The notes beneath the pieces were generated by a model. It was not told where the DNA came from and ran no database searches. It was given only the letters and a program-made list of their open reading frames with translations. A DNA stretch of 64,000 bases from Dehalococcoidia bacterium (GTDB lineage Bacteria > Chloroflexota > Dehalococcoidia > UBA2979), in the NCBI GenBank assembly GCA_963667465.2, contig CAXXDN010000002.1:1728001-1792000 (forward strand), read 5' to 3'. Positions 60,401-64,000 of the stretch are shown piece after piece. The translations under genes and the position numbers were made by a program. The stretch's first letter is position 1; every line of letters starts with the position of its first letter.

Positions 60401-62648
60401 CTTGATGTACTGGCCTTCGTCCGCCTCAACGAGCGAGTAACTGCGAGCAGTTGCGCCGGCGATTTCTGAATCCTCGCTACCGTCGTTCCGGATCCATTGG
60501 TAACTGAAGGTCGCATTGGTCATACCGTTGGCGTCCGACATCCCCGAGGATTCTGCCGTCAATGTCTCACCAACACGTGCGGTACCACTGATAGTCGGAG
60601 CGCCTGCCGCAGACACGTTGGAGTCCTTGATCAGCCCGGTTGCCGTGCCAACCACGAAGGCTGCGCCAGACGGATTGGAAAGCGTCAATGTTACGGTCTC
60701 ATCACCCTCAACGACGTCGTCATCTTTCAGCTGCACCAACACCACTTTCTCGGTGTCGCCCGGTTCGAAGATGAGTGTCCCGCTGTCAGCGACGTAGTCA
60801 GCTCCCGCCGTTGCAGTGCCATCTGAGGTCGTGTATTCGACCGATACCTGTTCAGATGCTGCGGGGCGCAACATGACCGCAAAAGCCAGCTGTTCGGTGG
60901 CTCCTTCAGGTGCGGTTTCACCCTGCACCCTCACACCCGTGTACTGAGGAGTATACGTTGCCACCCTATAGGTGGAGCGATAGCAGCTACCGCCCCTATA
61001 GTCCGTTACGTGGAACAACGCTTTATCGACGTACACGGGCCAACCGTCAAGCATGCTCGCCCGGCGAGAAGAAGTGACCTCACGCAGGTGTGCTTCCTTG
61101 TTGCTAAGTTGGACATCATATGTGAGTGCAGTTGTTCCCTGTGAGGCCCACGCAGTGTAATTGTGAGTTGTGGAACTGAAGGTAGGGCTGAAGGAAGTCA
61201 GGCTTCCTCCCACCGCTGTCACCTCAAGGCCTTCGGCTTGCGTGTATTGGAAGCCATCGATGCACGTTGTAGCTGCGACGAAACCGGTAAGCGAACTGGT
61301 ATACGGACCTGAACGGTTGTTTCGCTCGTCCGTGAGCCACACCTGAACCCTGAGCTTGTGGCTTTGGTCTTCTAGCTTTACGACATACGATTTGCCGAAC
61401 CCGTCGTTGACGTCCACAATAGCTCCGGTGTCGGCATCCTGACGCTGCCATTGGTAGTCGTAGGTGTAGACGGGATTGCCGATGTTGCCATTACCCTTGT
61501 CGTTCTTGGGCTGGTTTCTGTCATCGGGATTGGACAGGTTGCTGACTCCTGCAGTCAGAGTCTTGGCCACCTGCGCACTGCCGCTGATGCTGGGTTTGTT
61601 GTTTGGATTTCCGATAATCGATTTGCCCACGGGAGGTGGAGTAGTCCTCTCCTCGCCCTTGATCTGAATCATGGCAACCCAGCCTCGGTTAAGGATCCAT
61701 CGATTGCCATAGTAAGCGCTGTAAAGGTAATTTTGGTTCTCTAGACTCCATGATGAGTCGTTCGTCGGGTCTTCGTTCCCTGATCTCGTCTGGGCTCGCC
61801 GAAGTATTCCATACTCCCGCTGGGGGAAGAACGAAGTGGGTCTCTGCCCGACTTCCACCCAGTATGTGGTGTTGGCTTTCAGCGCGACCCCTTCGCTCGG
61901 AGCTGTCCAGGTATTGAGTGCCCCAAGTCTGATGTCCGAGGAATGGACCCTGAAGCTTGATGGATTGACCATCGTGGCGATGATCCTGCCCGGTGTGTTG
62001 CCATTGTTGTTTTCCCGGATCAACATCTCATACCAGTACGGGTCAAAGGTTCCACCCCCTGGAGTGCCACCAAGCAGCGTTGAAATGGTGGTGATGTCGT
62101 AGCCGTCGGCGTGGTCGCCGGTCGTGAAGCGCTGCGCGATTCGGGCCGCATTGATGTTTTCAGGATTCTGCAACCAGTTGCTGACGAGCGTGTCGGTGTT
62201 GTCGTCGTCGGCTACGTGGACCCTCATAGTCTGTTGTCTGTTGTTGAAGCCGCCGCCGTTAAGGGTCAGGGTGACCTCTTTGCGCTCATCGTTACTATCG
62301 GAGTCGGTGACCGGTGTCACCGTAACGGTCTGAGTGTCGCTATAGTTTGTGGTTGTGAAGGTCCGGGTGGCCGGTGACACGGTGACGGCTCCGGTATCGT
62401 TGGAGCGGATGGTCATGGTGACGTTGCCCGTGGGAGCGTTTCGGAGCGCAATGTTAAACGAAGCGCTACTTCCCCCCCTCGGAGAGCAAGATGAACTGCG
62501 GGTCGATCTCTAGGTCACTTGTCTGGGCTTGAATTGGATTGTCCGGGCCGCTTAGCCAGACCGTGAGCGCGATGAGCACGACCAAAGTAGTGGTCACGGC
62601 CCTACGGCTTCTGCGTGCCAAGGCTCGCATGTCTCTTGAACTGCTCAT
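57488..62648 (-). CDS. giant repetitive surface protein/adhesin; signal-peptide segment separated by a frameshift in a G7 run
   Basis: 8 ~95-aa repeats (ISGTAQVGxTLTADTSGISDxDG...YQWI...KVKVSFTDDA); Calx-beta domain; cadherin-like segment; signal peptide in 62466..62648. Confidence 0.85.
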
Positions 62649-62705
62649 CTCAACGGGTCCTTTCCGCTTGGATTCACCGAGGGGCTGCCTTCAAGGGGTG
62701 TGGAG

Positions 62706-63191
62706 TCATGCATCGGTAGTCCCGCGACATCCCGCGGGCAGTGCATGACGCTGGGGTGGTACGTCTGTGGCCAGGGCCCGGGCTCGCTGCTGAACCATCT
62801 CGTCCGGGACCCCGAAGTGCTCGGCGATCTCCCACGAATCGACGAGACCCGCGGCTCGCGCCTCTTCAGCGTCGACGAGTAGCCCGTACGCAAAGTCCTC
62901 GGCTTCTCGCTCGTAGCGTTTGGCAAGGACCGCGTGATCGCGCAGGAGGAGGTGGTTACCTCGATGCAGAAGCCGATGCGCGATGGCGTGGGCGATGACC
63001 CACCGTCGCCACTCAGGTTCCAATCGCTCGGCAACGACAACGATGCCGTCCACTTGCAACTCGCTGAGGACTTCGAGCGGCCACGGCTGCACTTCCAGCC
63101 CAAGGCCATTGGCCACCGCTTCAGCATCAACACGACCCTCCAGGCCCAGTTCCTGCCGCAGCGTGGAGCCTCGCTGCTGAGCCCGATTCAT
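62706..63191 (-). CDS. ImmA/IrrE-like protein (copy 2)
   Basis: MNRAQQRG start shared with copy 1; IAHAIAHRLLH; EREAEDFA. Confidence 0.8.
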   Translation of the reverse strand: MNRAQQRGSTLRQELGLEGRVDAEAVANGLGLEVQPWPLEVLSELQVDGIVVVAERLEPEWRRWVIAHAIAHRLLHRGNHLLLRDHAVLAKRYEREAEDFAYGLLVDAEEARAAGLVDSWEIAEHFGVPDEMVQQRARALATDVPPQRHALPAGCRGTTDA

Positions 63192-63682
63192 CGTTTTGTG
63201 GTGCCTCTACCCCGCTACGCCCTTGCAGCACCGGCATCAGGGCGAAGCCGCCGTGAGGCTGTGAAGATGGCTCGATGAAGCCCGGAGTCGCGTGAGTGTG
63301 CTGGGGGTGTGCAATTTCGTCGGGGTCGTGAGGGGCGGCTCTCGGAGCAGCCGTGTATAAGTGCAGTTATCCACCCCTTAGCTCTCTAGTCGCGATGACT
63401 GGCGGACGTGACGCGTGCCCCACGGGACCACGAGTGCTGCCTACCAAGCGGAAGCCACCCGAGCCGCTCAGGGGGATAGCCCGGTACGGCGTGGAGAGCG
63501 AGCCAGGGGGAGCCTGCCCCCTCGCTCTGGGACCTGCGGTTGAGATGCACCGGTTCTGGGGAGTTGGGAACCTCGCGGATAGTGCTGCAGCCCTGCGTTC
63601 GGCGGCTGACTCCGGCTGGGCAGAGTCTCAAGCTGCGCCCCCCGACCTGAGCGCCGGTCCCACGGGGGCAGATGGGGTCGGG

Positions 63683-64000
63683 GTGGTTGGTGAGACGCTG
63701 CCGGACGGCGTAGCCGTGAGCGTGCCTGACCCCCTCTCAGAGGGTGCCGCTCAGTTGACGGAGTCCGATGTCGTCAACCTTGCTGGGCTCCTCGACCACG
63801 AGGTCGCCAGGAATACCGTGAGGAGCTATCGGAGCCAGTGGGGGAGCTTCCTCGCGTGGGCGATGCGACGGGGTGTTCCCGCCCTTCCTGCTGAGCCGGC
63901 GCACGTCGCTGCTTACCTTGCGGAGCGCATCGAGGAACTCGGGCACAAGCCGGCAACGCTGCGAGCGGCAGCCGCAGCCATCGGGTTCGTCCACCGGGCG
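63683..64000 (+). CDS. tyrosine recombinase/integrase N-terminus (partial, runs off the window)
   Basis: open frame ARNTVRSYRSQWGSFLAW...LPAEPAHVAAYLAE...KPATLRAAAAAIGFVHR resembles the Cre-like SAM domain; exact start uncertain. Confidence 0.75.
   Translation, partial: MVGETLPDGVAVSVPDPLSEGAAQLTESDVVNLAGLLDHEVARNTVRSYRSQWGSFLAWAMRRGVPALPAEPAHVAAYLAERIEELGHKPATLRAAAAAIGFVHRA

Noticed and set aside
57800-60600. long DNA repeats as possible mobile element or array
   Set aside because: They are the coding repeats of the adhesin.
1-64000. tRNA/rRNA genes or reverse transcriptase (retron/DGR)
   Set aside because: No cloverleaf, rRNA-like segment or RT motif recognised; not confirmed by software.

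Overview
High-GC bacterial window with two parts. The left part (about 1-32.9 kb) is a defence/conflict island. It holds a Fic gene, an Xre-RES toxin-antitoxin pair, an uncharacterised four-gene SF2-helicase operon, an SMC/Rad50-like ABC ATPase and an AbiEi remnant split by an IS21 element. It also holds a complete SspBCD+SspE phosphorothioation system with divergent sspA, an RNAP alphaCTD/sigma-region-4 fusion, a PLD-helicase/small protein/CxC-ATPase/DndE-like module (SspFGH-like) and a PD-(D/E)XK-like nuclease. The right part (about 33-64 kb) is an integrative conjugative element. It has a leading-type operon (primase, Rad52/Sak, SSB, RadC, methyltransferase, helicase), an MPF/T4SS operon (VirB6-like, pilins, PrgI-like, VirB4, VirD4, replication-relaxation protein), two ImmA/IrrE-like paralogues bracketing surface-protein genes, and the start of a tyrosine recombinase. 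The best novelty candidates are: (1) the 4222-8595 operon, where one ~110-aa domain recurs six times across the helicase C-terminus and two downstream proteins; (2) a conserved, covarying two-hairpin motif repeated in seven intergenic spaces of the leading operon; (3) three decayed fic 3' fragments at module boundaries in the island. Several 1-2 bp frameshifts may be assembly errors. All family calls come from motif recognition by eye; no database searches were run.
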